From assembly GCA_973895155.1 (NCBI GenBank), contig OZ316898.1, positions 12,861,659-12,925,658 of the forward strand: DNA of 64,000 nt, written 5' to 3'. Below the pieces are notes generated by a model that made no database searches, had not been told where the DNA came from, and worked only from the letters and a program-made list of their open reading frames with translations. Shown here piece after piece: positions 1-13,000 of this stretch (position 1 is the first letter of the stretch; the number at the start of each line of letters is the position of its first letter). Origin of the DNA: Marsupella aquatica. Its lineage: Eukaryota > Plantae > Marchantiophyta. Position numbers and translations under genes: made by a program.

Positions 1-62
1 GCAATGGTGCGCGCAACGGCCAACGTCGGCTCCTCATCAGAAGTCTCCACGAGCGTCGTCAT
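1..62 (-). CDS. Possible first codons of a gene running off the left edge (MTTLVETSDEEPTLAVARTI...)
   Basis: ATG at 62-60 in strong context GCAGCCATG, open to the window edge, preceded by a GC-rich leader with a CT/GA microsatellite at 229-252; product unknown. Confidence 0.3.
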   Translation of the reverse strand, partial: MTTLVETSDEEPTLAVARTI

Positions 63-454
63 GGCTGCCGAGCTCGCTCGCTCGTTGGTTGGAAGTCGCT
101 CTTTCGCGCCACGGACAGGCGCTCAACGCTTGCTACTGCGCAGAAGCGATCCAATCTCTGCTTCGTTTCTTTCTGTGACCACGAAAGGCAGAATGTCGTG
201 AACCGGAATGCAACGGGAGCTCCGAATCGAGAGAGAGAGCGAGAGAGAGAGACCAGAGCGAACGGAAACTCTCGTCTAGTCTCGTCTCTGCGCTTCTTCG
301 TCTTCGTGCTCTGGGTGCCACGACGGCATCGGGTTCGAGAACCCTAATCGACTTTTCGTAGGTTTTGTGTTGGGGGATGTTTCGCGCGTGGGTTTTGTCG
401 GGGGTCAAGAAAAATAAAAATAAAAGAAAGACCTTCTCTAAGAACAGAAACTAA

Positions 455-679
455 CTGTAGCCTGGATGGACCGGCATGTTGAACATGGTGCTCCCATGTA
501 CCACATTTTGGTGGTCCCTGAGAGTTTTCGGATTCAGAACGAAACTCAATCTTGAGGTTTATTAAGGACTGTAGCCTGGATGGACCCGCATGTTGGACAT
601 GGTGCTCCCGTGTACCACATGTTGGTGGTCCATGGGAGTTTCTGGATTCAGAACAAAACTCAATATTGAGGTTCATTAA
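455..679. repeat. Tandem duplication, 2 x ~113 bp
   Basis: TGTAGCCTGGATGGACC...GAGGTTYATTAA occurs at ~456 and again at ~570 with scattered substitutions. Confidence 0.85.
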
Positions 680-3006
680 ACTACACCTGCCCCTTCAAAG
701 GGCTACCGGTAACCCGTAGCTCTCATTTTAAAGAGTACAAGTTCAAAAATGGACTTTGAACTCCACAAAAGGTGTTGATTGCAAAATCTTTTTTTGACAA
801 ATACTTCACAGATCGTGCTAGTGTTCACATTTTATGGTGAGTAGTGAGTCATGGAATGAGGCTTTTATAATGGCAGGTGTGGTTTAAGAAACTTAGTACA
901 AAACTGCCCGCATACTCGAGCAATTGGGCAAGTCCAACTTTCTTCGAAGTGCCAATAGGGTATGAATGAACCCCACTTTTGGGTGAGTCTTTGAAGTGCC
1001 AATGGGGTACGAATGAACCCAGTTTTGGGTGGGGTGAATGGCAGAAGCTATCAACGCTGCAACAGAATTTGAACTTGAGACCTCCCTGACCCTAGTGAGC
1101 TCCGCTACCATGCAGCCTTGGGGCAGCTTGTGACCAGATGGATTTGCGCTCAGAACTTAAACTGTTTCCGCCGGCAGGAAAAGTGGGCAGTGGATTAGGT
1201 ACAGGCTAATCAATTCGAATTAGCCTGAGATTGCACCCTTAGTTTTGCATCTCCAATGGAACTAGAGAAGGAGGAGGTATAATTATCTGGGGCCCCCAAA
1301 ATGGACTCAATGAGTGGTGTTCACACTATTGTGAAAACCATCTTGTTCAGCAAATTGTGTTCATATAACTGGTCACAGGCCTTGGTTATTGAAAATTGAA
1401 GCCCATGTAACAATTGAAGCCTCCATGGACCTAGACCTCTTACAAAATGCCCAGATGGACTGAGAAAACCCTTTTTCCCACTAACATAGCATTTGTCCTT
1501 AGGTTAAAAATTCACTTTTATGGTTGACGGTAACTGGGTCCATGTGTTGACAATGGGTTCAAGGGAGTAGTCTGAGAATTACCTGATAAGTCTGAGAAGT
1601 ACAGCAAATGTATTTATGTGTTGCACCATAACTTCAAGGTAAAATTATTAAATTTTGGGGCACTGCATGAGTGAACCTGATCGTCCCTCGGGTAATGTTG
1701 GAGCCAGCCATCCATATGTATTTTTTCATTTTTTGGAAGGAAAATTATCAAAACATTACGTTAGCAAGCTGGGTAAAAGTACCCATGGCAGTAAATTTGC
1801 CAAGCATAACCTAGATTAAATGCAGAAGCCCTTTAGTATATACTAGCCTGAAATACTCTGACGTATGCACACGAAGAGCTTTAGGCTTTAGGGTCCCAAG
1901 CCCATCCCTGCATTTAGCGTCCATAATTAAATAAATACCTCAAAATTTCAACTTACAAAGATATGTATGTCTCCATAGTTGAATTGAGGGTCTCTTTGAG
2001 AGTTTCCCATACATGGATACCTTAAAGCGCAAGCCCTACTTGGCTCCAATGCATAACCTGGTGGATCCAGGTTACTAAAAAAGTTCAGAATGCTCTCAAG
2101 CAAATAAAAAAAATCCACTCAATTGCTGTCTGTGAACCTGATAGCCAGTGGGGTTTAGAATGAGCAGACCACTGAGTAGCTTTATTTGGTTATTCTTATT
2201 AATAATTTACTTAATATATTCCCAGGCTACCTCGGGAACAAGACAGTGACTTTCAGTGTACATTGCTCAATTTGACCAGGATTTTGACATTTAAATCTCA
2301 TTACCAACGACTTCATACCAGTGCTCATCTTCATATTCAAATCTCATTACCAGTGACTTGCATTGTACATTGTAGTGCTCATTTTCACAATTAAATGTCA
2401 TTACCGTTCCTGTGGTCCAGGCTGGGCCACGGGTTTATTCCTGGGACCGTTCACTCCAGTATCTATCTAATAAACCGCCATCGCAAGCTTTATGGACCAT
2501 CACTTTCATTGAAAACAAGGAGGAAGATTCTCACAAGGAGTATTTACAATGACACAGCTGTACCGGTGTGCACTTCCATGAGAAGCAAATCTTGAAGATA
2601 CTCAATGCAGTAAACTGAAAACCGTGGTGTACACATCATTCACTCGAAGTGCGAGGTACGCATCAATTGTGGAGCTAACCAACTTTAATATTGTGACAAA
2701 GGGTTCCTCCAACATCTAGCTTTATTTGTTCAAATGAATGGATAAATGGTGAACAAATGCAAGAATAATCTTAATAAGCTACGTGACCAATCTCCAGTTT
2801 TCGAGGCTTTCTCTGATGCTCAGATTGGGTTACACCCCTACAGAATCTCTACACCTTCAGGACAAATCACCTCTGCTGCTCAGAACCTTTCCCTGACGCT
2901 CACCACTGCCCGCGTTGCGTCGACATGCATGGTGAGTTTGGCAGTAAACCTGAGGATCTCCTAGAGCCAAAGCCAATCCCGAGTCGGAAAGAAGGGTTAT
3001 CTGAGA

Positions 3007-5363
3007 TTACACATTGATGCTAAGGTTCAACCCTTCCATTTGACAAGGAACAGTAGGGACAGAAGTGGCAAGATCTCTTGCATCTTCCAACTTCAAACGA
3101 GTTCCTTGTTGGCCGACAACCACTGCAGCTACTTTGGCTGCTAAGTTGCCAATACCCTTGAGATTTGGAACACCTCTGAGTAAACCGTAGAGTAATCCAG
3201 CAGCATACGCATCACCAGCTCCACAGGTGTCCACCGGTACACATGATGCAGGCTGTACATATGACACTTGCCCCTTCAATCCAATATAAGATCCTTGGAC
3301 TCCATCTGTGACCGACACCAGAGGGCAGTGCTTGCTCAGTGCTTCGGCAGCATCGGCTGGACTCAGACTGCTACAGCCCCCTAGGAGAGCCCGTGCTTCA
3401 TCAGCATTGGTGAATAAAATATCAGCACTTCCAGCCATTACTTCCCTGTAAAAGAAGGGCGGGGGGCGGGGGGGGGGAGGGAATCAGTTTCAAGAGATAA
3501 TAGAGTTGGAGTGACCCTAGTCCACAAAACTGTCTGCCACATGCTTGACTAAAAAGTCAATCGGAGTAAGAAAAACTCTTTCCAACACCTCTATGGACAG
3601 AACAGTAAAGCAGGTCAAATTCTACGACTAAGACTCTCTCAGTTACTTCAAAGGTAAAACTTTGAGTTTAAAAAAAACCACCGGAGTTCAAATAATGCAT
3701 GTTGGGTTAAATGAGCGGACTCACCACATCTTCTCACGATGACGGTTTACGCACGATATATCGCTCGCAGTTAAAGCAACCAATACACCTTGTTCTTTGG
3801 CTTTTTTGCAAGCCCTGGCAATGGTTTCTATCGTTTCTGGTAACTCCCAGAGATAGCCCTCAACAACAAGAACCTTTGACATAGATATCTGTTTTTCCAA
3901 GGCCTCATCGAAATTGAGGATGGAGGACATTCCCTGCAGCACCACAAAGCAGTGAGGACCAGTGGTACAACGGCTGTGATGTGTCCTCCGTTAATTCAGA
4001 ACTTAAACAGTACACATACGGTGGAGAAGATTCTAAGTAACAGGCTAGAGAAGTAACAACAACGCATAAAAGACTTGAAAACTCTCCCTCTATTCAAGCA
4101 AGCTGACCTACTTGGTATGAGAGCATGGTGCGCTGTGCATCTGGTGTGGTGCAAACAATAACTGTCCCAGTGGTACCACCCACAACAGGTTCAGACAGAA
4201 AGTGTACATTTGCCCTGAGTAATTTTGTCCTGTGTCATCATCCGGAACTTAATTAGACTTCAAAGTCCTAAACGAAAGCACCTTATGCTACAGTCACCCA
4301 AGCCCCAATTTTCTTCAAGGACTGTCACATGAGCTATGATCGCATCCAATCGACAAGCCGAGTCTTAAAACCAGGTATCACGATCAAGAATAAACTCAAC
4401 TCCAGACTCGCTAGTTAAAACAAGAGAATTGCTGCTTAAAATAACATCACAAAAATGGACCTGAGCTAAACACTTACACGCACCTGTAGAAATCCCCCAG
4501 AGGATCACTTCCGACACTTCCTGTCATGGCGACGTGGAGCGGTAGATCTCCATTGTACCCAGCTCCAAGTCTTGCAAGAGCAACAAGTGTGTTGGATAGA
4601 GAGCCACCGGCAGTCACCTTGTAGCTACAACCATCGAGACCTCGTATCGCTCTCCCCCTTTCTTCATGGTTCACAACCTTTCTGGTGCCTTTGACTAACC
4701 CTAGTTTGTGTATGAAGTCATCACTAACAATGGCTGAGAAATCCACCTGTGTGACAAGCAACAATCCAGCGAATGAAGAGAAATCAGTTTCGGGACCAAC
4801 ACCTGCTGCTGGCCCATCCAAGGGAAGAAAAATGATGAAAAGAAACAGATAAAACTGTGAAAAGTGAAGGGTCAGGTGAGTACCATAGCCTGGCCCAAAC
4901 CGATGACGTCCCACCGATTTGGCACGCTTGAAGCAGAAATTCCGTAGGCCTGGGGCAGCTCCTGCTGTTCCTGTTCCTGTGCCTGTTCCTGTTCCTGTTG
5001 TTGATGATAGCCCTCCGAGGCCGACCTGGCCCTAGGCTTGTTGCTCTCAGCATCAAACTCGCCCTCGTAGTGGCAGTTGCTACTGGTTAGCCTACGCCTG
5101 AAGCCAGATACTCTGCCGAATCGTCTCCTTCCCAAGCTCGACACACCTAATTTCCCTCGATAAGAAGAGGAAGGGCCGTAAGGAGCAGAAGAAGAAGAAG
5201 AAGCAAAAGAAGAAGCTGGGAGGTTTCGCTGTGAAAAACTCTCAGTAGAGACGTTATTTCTGAAGGTCAAATCTCTCCGACTGGGCTGAACTTCATCAAT
5301 AGGAACAGTGATGCCGCTACCGGTTCTCGGCAGCAGAAGCCCGCCATCAACAACCTTCGCCAT
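3007..5363 (-). CDS. NARA5: pfkB-family carbohydrate kinase, plastid-targeted (NARA5-like); exons 5363-4884, 4746-4484, 4229-4112, 3933-3725, 3445-3007
   Basis: RWDVIGLGQAM|VDFS, GTRKVVNHEERG, AGGSLSNTLVALARLG, GSVGSDPLG, TTPDAQRTML, VEGYLWE, pfkB signature DTCGAGDAYAAG; GT-AG junctions keep frame; Ser/Arg-rich transit-like N-terminus. Confidence 0.9.
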
Positions 5364-8300
5364 CTCAAGTCCTGCGTCAACGCGCTCCCTCCCTCACAAC
5401 ATTGTTCCAATACAGTACTCTTATTCAGTTCATTACTGCGTAGCCTGAATTGTATCACCTTTGCGTTCAAAATGGTTTGACGCTTTCATCCATTTTGTGG
5501 TCCCATACCTCATGCTGCAGAAATACAAATTCGAGATGCAATCAGGCCAAATTGTTCTTTCCAATGACCTCTATTGAACTGGGCAGAGACCTGATCATTA
5601 CAAAGTAGAATTCGCAAGTCAGAAGATTTTGTGTCACGCAACATCCGGCCCAGCAAAGCAGCATTCGTTTGCACTCTGACAAACGATTCGTCCTGTTGAA
5701 GTCAATTTAGGTCGACCACGTTTCACCTAGACGAGAATGCTTGAACAGAACGAGTCTGATTTGAAGGAGAACGATACGAGGACGTCCTTTAATTATGCTA
5801 ATGATGAAAGCTGCACGCCCTGACAACTCGCTCACAGTACCGGTGACGGGAGAGTGTAGACGGCCATCTCGAATCAATAAAACTACGGCAGAACATCCTT
5901 CAAGCTGGCGAACGGGCCACAAAGCAATGAAGCAAACAACCAATCGAAGTGAGCAACAAAGCTTCAAAAAGCAGATCTCACTGGAAAACTGACAATTCGG
6001 AAGAGCCGAAAGAAGGAGGGTACCAGGGCATTCGATTCGAGCTTCAAAACGTCCACCGCTTCCCGTGTCGGAGCTGCAGAACCGCAATCAGTCAGGGCCG
6101 CCCTCGCATCGAGCTCCAAATCGTGCACTGCCTCGATCGATCGCCCTAGCTCGTGCTGTGCGGTGTGGCGAGCGATCTGAGGCAGAGAGCTCGACGCGAG
6201 GCGCTGGGGGAAGCACTGCATAGCCAAAGGCAGAGAGAGGTTCGTTGGGGATCGGGGTGGACCGTTTATGGACCGTGGGGTTTTGGCCGGGGTTTAGGGC
6301 GTCTAGCATGTGGTGCATGATTATTTGCACTTACTTGGTCACTTCTTACTACCCAGATTACCCCTTACTTTCCACTTCTTACTACCCAGATTACCCCTTC
6401 CTGGAAAGTAACTAAATAGACACGAAGACACATCAAACCAGGCCCCCCCGTGACCAAAGAGATTTGGTCACAAACCTCTTTAATATTGTACACTGTATTT
6501 TGCACTATCGTATGCGCATAGTAATATGAGCCCAAAATAAATTTGGATGCATTTTAGGGCCCCCACCACAAAGCTGAACTCAAAGTTCATCCAATAAGAA
6601 AATTCTATACTATTTCCCCTTTATCTTTGCCCGTCCCTGTTTTTGGCTGCGCTTGTTACATTTTTTTCTTTATTTATCACTTTTGTTAGTCTTTGCTCAT
6701 GCCCCTACTTTTTGTCCACCCTTGTGTGTCTTGTCCTTATTAACAATCAGTGTCATTTTTGTCTTTATTAAGGAGGGTCTAGAGGCTTCACTCTAGACCA
6801 TAGGCCTTCAAAAGTAGCTACCCTAGCAAATTATTAGTAAGATGTTTAGATCCTGGTCACTTTTATCCATAAATTAGTTTGAGGACCCCTTGATTTTGTA
6901 AGCTTGTTTTATTCAACTATTGGAAGCCACGAAGAGCAAATTGGAATAGATAGATGAAAGGACAAAGATTAAATGGAGGAATCCAATTTTAAATGAAGTG
7001 AATTTTAAAGGTAGTTGGGACAGTTTCATTGAAGACAAATAAGATTCATACCTAGGATAATTCTCAATGCAAAAAGTTTCCCTTATTAACTGTATGTCTA
7101 TACAATACATGTAACATTCCATATATTTATGCAAAATATTACTTTGTCCATAGGCATTGAAAGGTCTTAGAGTCCCTTGGTATCAATCTACCCATACTAC
7201 TTATGGTGTTTCTTAACTTTGCTTGAATGTTACTCCTCTAGCCATCCTGCTATCCACAATAGTCAAAGGGTTTCTTAAGTTACTTTGGTAAATGTTAGAG
7301 AAGTTGAAAAGTTTTTTGGGTTTCTTATGTTACCTTGGTAAATGTTAGAGTAGTTGAAGAGTTTCTTTCTACTTGTCATTATTTCAAAACCTATTTAAAT
7401 GAAATAGAAAATTGAAACAGATTACCAGAAAACACTGAATGATATATCAATCACAACTCATCCAAAGATTGTTTCCTTTCACCCATATTTTACCTTTTAC
7501 TTTGTTCACTTGAAATGTTACTTTTCAGTTTTTCATTGTTTTTACAATTATAGGGTCTAATTGTTTTTCTTTACCTTGCCTCAAACACGAATAGTCAAAA
7601 TTGGTTCTTGCATAACTAACAATTCTTGTTTCAATTGTGACAAATCATGTTGATGTGACTGCATGTCCATCCACGAATTTTAGATGACACTTCCCATGGG
7701 GGTCCATAACTACCTGGTTTAAATTCTATGTCACTGGCACAGATCATGGCTGCCACTCCACCCAAACCTAGAATTTCCAATATCCATTTGCTCGATTTAC
7801 ACTTGACAACCCATCCTCTTGCGGGGGTCATGGTCTGTAACCCTCCCAGGTAGAGCCCCTCGAGGATTACAGCCCATAACCCCTCAAGGGGATGGGTTAC
7901 CCTCCACATAATAGAAAACAACTCTAGGTTTTGTAACAATGCTCACAAACTTTTACATGCTCCATAATTTAATGTAGAAAGGAGTTGGACACCATCTTAG
8001 GATGTCTATCCATAGACTTGTGCATTTACACTTTAATGAAGACAGTGATAGGGTAATCTAAGGGTCAAGCCATCAATGTGAGAACATGTGAAAGAATCAC
8101 CATTTACTCATGGTACATGGTTCTGATGTGTGGTCCTAGATCAAAGGGTGGTACTCGTAAGTGCAAGCCTACCCAACCCAATTTTGATTTGACTGTGATG
8201 AATGACTAGCATGCTGTGACCCTTTTGAGGATAACATGTAGAACAGCCCGGAATCTACAACCTGAGTTATCAGAGCTAGTGATAGCCAAACGTGGTAATG

Positions 8301-8700
8301 AACATCTGTGGCCAAAGATGATCACAATTCTGGCCCAAAAGGATCATGGCTAAAATGGCAGCAATTTCTATGAAGCAAGAGAGGAGGGAGGGTTGTGTTG
8401 GGTTGATTGGTCAACAGGTCGCAACAAATCTACAACACACATAACAAGTGAAGCAAAGGGCCAAAACCTACACCCAAAATCACCATCAAGGGATCCATTT
8501 TTACTGTCCCATCCAAAGGGTCAACCTGACTGTGTCCGTTGCTTGCCTACTTCCAGCTTTGACACCAACTATAGACATCTCCCTTGCTTGCCAACTTCCA
8601 ACTTCTTGATTTTCCTGGTTGTGGATTGTTGCCTTGATTTAGCTTTGTTAGACCTATTGTAAAGCTAGTGAACCTTTTGGTGCAGGTTTTCTGAAAATTT

Positions 8701-8992
8701 TGTAAGAAACCGTCAGCTCCAGACTAGACAGCAATGCGAAAACATGAGAGACACTCAATTAGACGCTACACCGACGAGACACCCCGAGTGGAGAAACTCC
8801 TGAAGGCTCCATAGCAAATGAGAGTACATGTGAAGAATGAGGGAGAGAGTTCTCTCCCTCCAGCCTATACCCCCAAGGGGGCCAAGATGAGTGGGCCTAA
8901 ACTAAGTGGATCTTATCCTAACGTAATCCAGGGTTAACTAACCCTAGTAAGGCCAAACTAACTAAGTCGGGAACTTGAGTCAATTCCTAACA
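8701..8992 (-). repeat. 3' LTR of copia element (292 bp)
   Basis: TGTAAG...CCTAACA, adjacent to the PPT; about 12 substitutions and 1 indel versus the other LTR by eye. Confidence 0.95.
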
Positions 8993-9059
8993 ATCTCCAC
9001 CTTGACTCCAGTTCACACAATGAGTCAGGTGAAATACAATACGTAAATAAGTAACATAT

Positions 9060-11416
9060 CTAAATATTCTCCAGTTTGGCCCTAACATTAATAATATCCA
9101 CACAATGACTAAAGCTACTGGTAGGTAAAACTTTGGTAAGAATGTCTGCCGCATTCTCCTCTGAAGCCACCTTCTCCAGAAACATCTTATTCATCTCAAT
9201 CACCTCACAGATGAAGTGATAACGAATGTCAATGTGCTTTGTCCTGGCATGGAACACAGGGTTTTTAGCCAGATGTAAAGCACTTTGACTGTCACACAGC
9301 AGCACCGGTTTTTCAGGTGCAAGACCTAGATCACTCACCAATCTTCGTAGCTAGATCAGTTCCTTGGTTGCCTCACATGCAGCCATGTACTCAGCCTCAG
9401 TAGTAGACAACGCAACACAAGATTGAGTTGCCAACTTCCAGTTGATACAACCTCCACTCAACATAAACACATAGCGTGTAGTAGACTTCTTGTTATCCAA
9501 GTTACCAGCATAATCTGAATCTACAAAACCTTCCAACTCTAAGGTAGAGTCTGCTTTATCGTCAAATAAGATCCCACAATCTAAGGTACCTTCAGATACC
9601 GCAAAACCCACTTCATTGCTTCCCAGTGAAGCTTACCAGGATTTGCCATAAATCTGCTCAAAATGCTAATAACATGGGCAATGTCAGGTCGAGTGCATGT
9701 CATCGCATACATCAAACTACCCACAACACTATCATAGGGAACATGTTTCATCGTCAATCTATCACTCTCACTAGAAGGGTAATCATTCTTTGAGAGTTTA
9801 AAGTGGGAAGCCAATGGAGTACCAACTGGTTTTGCATTCTCCATTCCATACTTGGCAAGTACCTTCTCCAAATTAATATTGCCGCTGAGACAACCATAAT
9901 TGTCTCTGCTCCCTGTCACAATGAATCTCCATCCCTAGTATCTTCTTGGCCTGACCCAAGTCCTTCATTGAAAACTCCTTACTCAGCATTGCTTTCAGAT
10001 GAGCAACATCAGACTTATTCTCAGCCAGGATAAGCATGTCATCCACATACAATGCCAGCACATGTAACCAAAGGGTGAGTAATTCTCCACCTCCTTCATG
10101 TAAATACAACAATCATGTTCACTTTGTGTTAACCCCTGAGATAACATGAAGGAATCAAAATTCTTATTCCACTGTTTGGGAATCTGCTTCAATCCGTATA
10201 ACGAGCGTAAGAGCTTACACACCAAGTGTCTGGTTTTCTCATCAATAAAACCGGGAGGCTGAGTCATATAAATCTCCACATCAAGCAATCCATGCTGGAA
10301 ACAGTAATTACATCCATCTGATCTAACTCAAGATCATAGAATGCCACAATTGCAAGTAAAACACGGATAGTAGCGAGTTTGACAACTGGTGAGAAAATCT
10401 CCGTGTAGTCCAAGCCCTCCTTCTGGGTGTACCCTTTGGCCACAAAGCGTGCCTTGTAAGTGCTATCCTGCTTCTTCTTGTACAACCATCTACACGGAAC
10501 CAATGTCTTCTCGCGAGGCATGTCAATTAAGTGCCAAGTTGAATTCTTCTTCAAAGAATTCATCTCCTTCAACATTGCCTCCATCCACTTATCCTTCTCT
10601 GGAGAGGCCATAGCTTCTTCATAGCTAGAGGGGTCTCCATCTTCAGTGAGCAAAACAACACCGGGATCATCGTCATGCTCAACAACGTGAACACGAGGAT
10701 CTGCAAAACCAAATCTATCAGGGGGGTTGGCCAAAATTGGCCCTGGTGGAGCGCCTTGGTTGAGGAACTGCACCTCTACCAGAGGGACTAGCAGCTTCCT
10801 CATCACCACCAAGCTCCACCGTAGTGGGTTCCTCCACCTGTTCCTCCTGAATATCCCAGGGTCTTGACAACCATTCTTCATCAAAAACAACATTTTTGCT
10901 CACAACTGCCTTGCAATCGACAGGATCCCATAATTTATAGCCCTTCTGCCTAGGACTAAAGCCTAGAAAAAATATTTTTTAGACTTGGGATCCAACTTAG
11001 ACATGTGTGTCTGCTCAATGTGAACATAGGCAGCACAACCAAAAACTCGGAGTCTAGAGTAATCAGCAGGTCTCTTATACCATAACTCAAATGGAGTCTG
11101 CATCAACTTACTACTATGCGGTGACAAATTGTAGACGTATGCAGCTTGGTTGACAACTTCAACCCAAAAGTTGTTGGGCAACTTGGACTTACATAGCATG
11201 CTGCGTGCTTTCTCCAGTAATGTCCGATTCAACCGTTCTGCAACTCCATTTTGCTGTGGGGGCTCCGATACAGTGTAATGACGCTTGAGGCCAAGGTCCC
11301 GACCAAATTGATCAAACTCATTGGACTTATACTCGCCACCGTTATCGGACTGAACACACTTCAACTCCTTCCCAGTTTGTAGCTCTACCATGGCTTTCCA
11401 CTCCTTGAAGATGGCC
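9060..11416 (-). pseudogene. Copia pol remnant (partial integrase, RT, RNase H) with frameshifts and stops
   Basis: SDNGGEY, PQQNGVAERLNRTL, YKARFVAKGYTQKEG, QMDV, LYGLKQ, LYVDDMLI, DSDYAG, STTEAEY, RTKHIDIRYHF, ADILTK spread over several frames. Confidence 0.93.
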
Positions 11417-12693
11417 ATTTTGACCCCCGTCGGGTATCTTAGGTCCTGAAAAAATTCCTCAACAGCAACGCACAAATCAACTTCACTAGCCCGTGCTCAA
11501 CTCCCTTGAGTATCCCCTTGCAAAGCCGCGTAAAAAAATCTGTCCCGACAACCGCCGAATTCGTAATTTTGAGGGAATAAAAGTACAGTCAAATTCTATA
11601 GCAAAAGGCACCCGGTGATGACACGTGTCCGGCTCAAAAGAAACCCCAATGCGTGAAAAGAAAAACAAATGTTTCCTGTGTAAAAGTCACCGGAGGTACT
11701 CGCCCCACAGACTTCCACAAAAAAATTCACGTTTGCACATTTGTCCCCCTCGCGCCACCTGTCGTCGAGAGCATAGGGCCTCGCGCCCCTAGGCTCCTCC
11801 TTAAAGTGCTTCCGAGCCCTCCTGGCTCATCATAGGGCTTAGAGCCCCTTTTAAAAATCTCCCAAAAAGGAGGGAATTAACTTCTCCTCCCCTCCACTAC
11901 TTAAGTACTTAGGGCCTTGTGCCCAGGTTAAATGCTCCCAAGAGAAGGGAGTGCCTCGCTGCCCCTCTCCTCCTCTTCAAAGCTCTTTGGGCCTTGTGCC
12001 CCCACCTTTACGTACCTGCACAGGGCCTTGTGCCCTATTAAAGAGCTCCTGAGAGGAGGGAGCTAAAACTCCCTCTCCCCTCTTACTTTATGACTGTACC
12101 GACACAAGCCGCCTCGGGCTACGCCTCCTTGGGGCCTCGTGCCAAGAGCTCCCCTGGGAAGGGAGCCTCGTACGCGCCAGGGAATACCGTCCGACGCGCC
12201 GTATAAGGTTGCGTGCAGCGACCACAACGAGTATACGAAAGAGAAGAAATTTGCAACAACTGCCCCACAAGACATGACCTTTTTACGAAGAAAAAGCACC
12301 CCCGATGACCCCACAAGTGATTCATCTAATTAACCACTAAGAGTGATAGTCGAGAGTTCCAAGCACTTAATCGAGCAATACATAAGATAAGATTGTTCCA
12401 CACTCGCCGGATGAAACGTTGTGAAACTTCCACCGCGACGTAGTGCCCGTCAATGCGCACGATAAATTGTCGGACTATCTTCCTGACAGTTTTCTTAGAC
12501 ACACTGTGACACATCCGATACTTCACGATGAAGCTTCAATCGGGAAACCGTCACTGCTTTCAAACACAAAACTATTAACGCAAAATGACCAGTGAAATGA
12601 TCACGCAACCGTCAACAACGATTCAATCTTCCACCACGATCCAACACATGAGTGCTCTCACCACTGCCCAGGCCACCGAACCATGAACACAAA

Positions 12694-12705
12694 GCTCTGA
12701 TACCA
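12694..12705 (-). other. Primer-binding site complementary to initiator tRNA-Met
   Basis: TGGTATCAGAGC 2 nt inside the 5' LTR. Confidence 0.9.
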
Positions 12706-12707
12706 CT

Positions 12708-13000
12708 TGTAAGAGACCGTCAGCTCCAGACTAGACAACAATGCGGAAACATGAGAGACACTCAATCAGACGCTACACTGACGAGACACCCCTAGTGGAG
12801 AAACTCCCGAAGGCTCCATAACAAATGAGAGTACATGTGAAGAATGAGGGAGAGAGTTCTCTCCCTCCAGCCTATACCCCCCAAGGGGGCCAAGATGAGT
12901 GGGCCTAAACTAAGCGGATCTTATCCTAATGTAATCTAAGGTTAACTAACCCTAGTAAGGCCAAACTAACTAAGTCGGGAACTTGAGTCAATTCCTAACA
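12708..13000 (-). repeat. 5' LTR of copia element (293 bp)
   Basis: Direct repeat of 8701-8992, followed on the minus strand by the PBS. Confidence 0.95.

Larger units (their letters stand above)
8701..13000 (-). mobile_element. Ty1/copia LTR retrotransposon, degenerate and internally deleted (no gag/protease)
   Basis: Two TG...CA LTRs, PBS TGGTATCAGAGC, PPT AGTCAAGGTGGAGAT at 8993-9007, flanks AATTT/AATTC (5-bp TSD, 1 mismatch), pol in INT-RT-RNaseH order. Confidence 0.95.
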
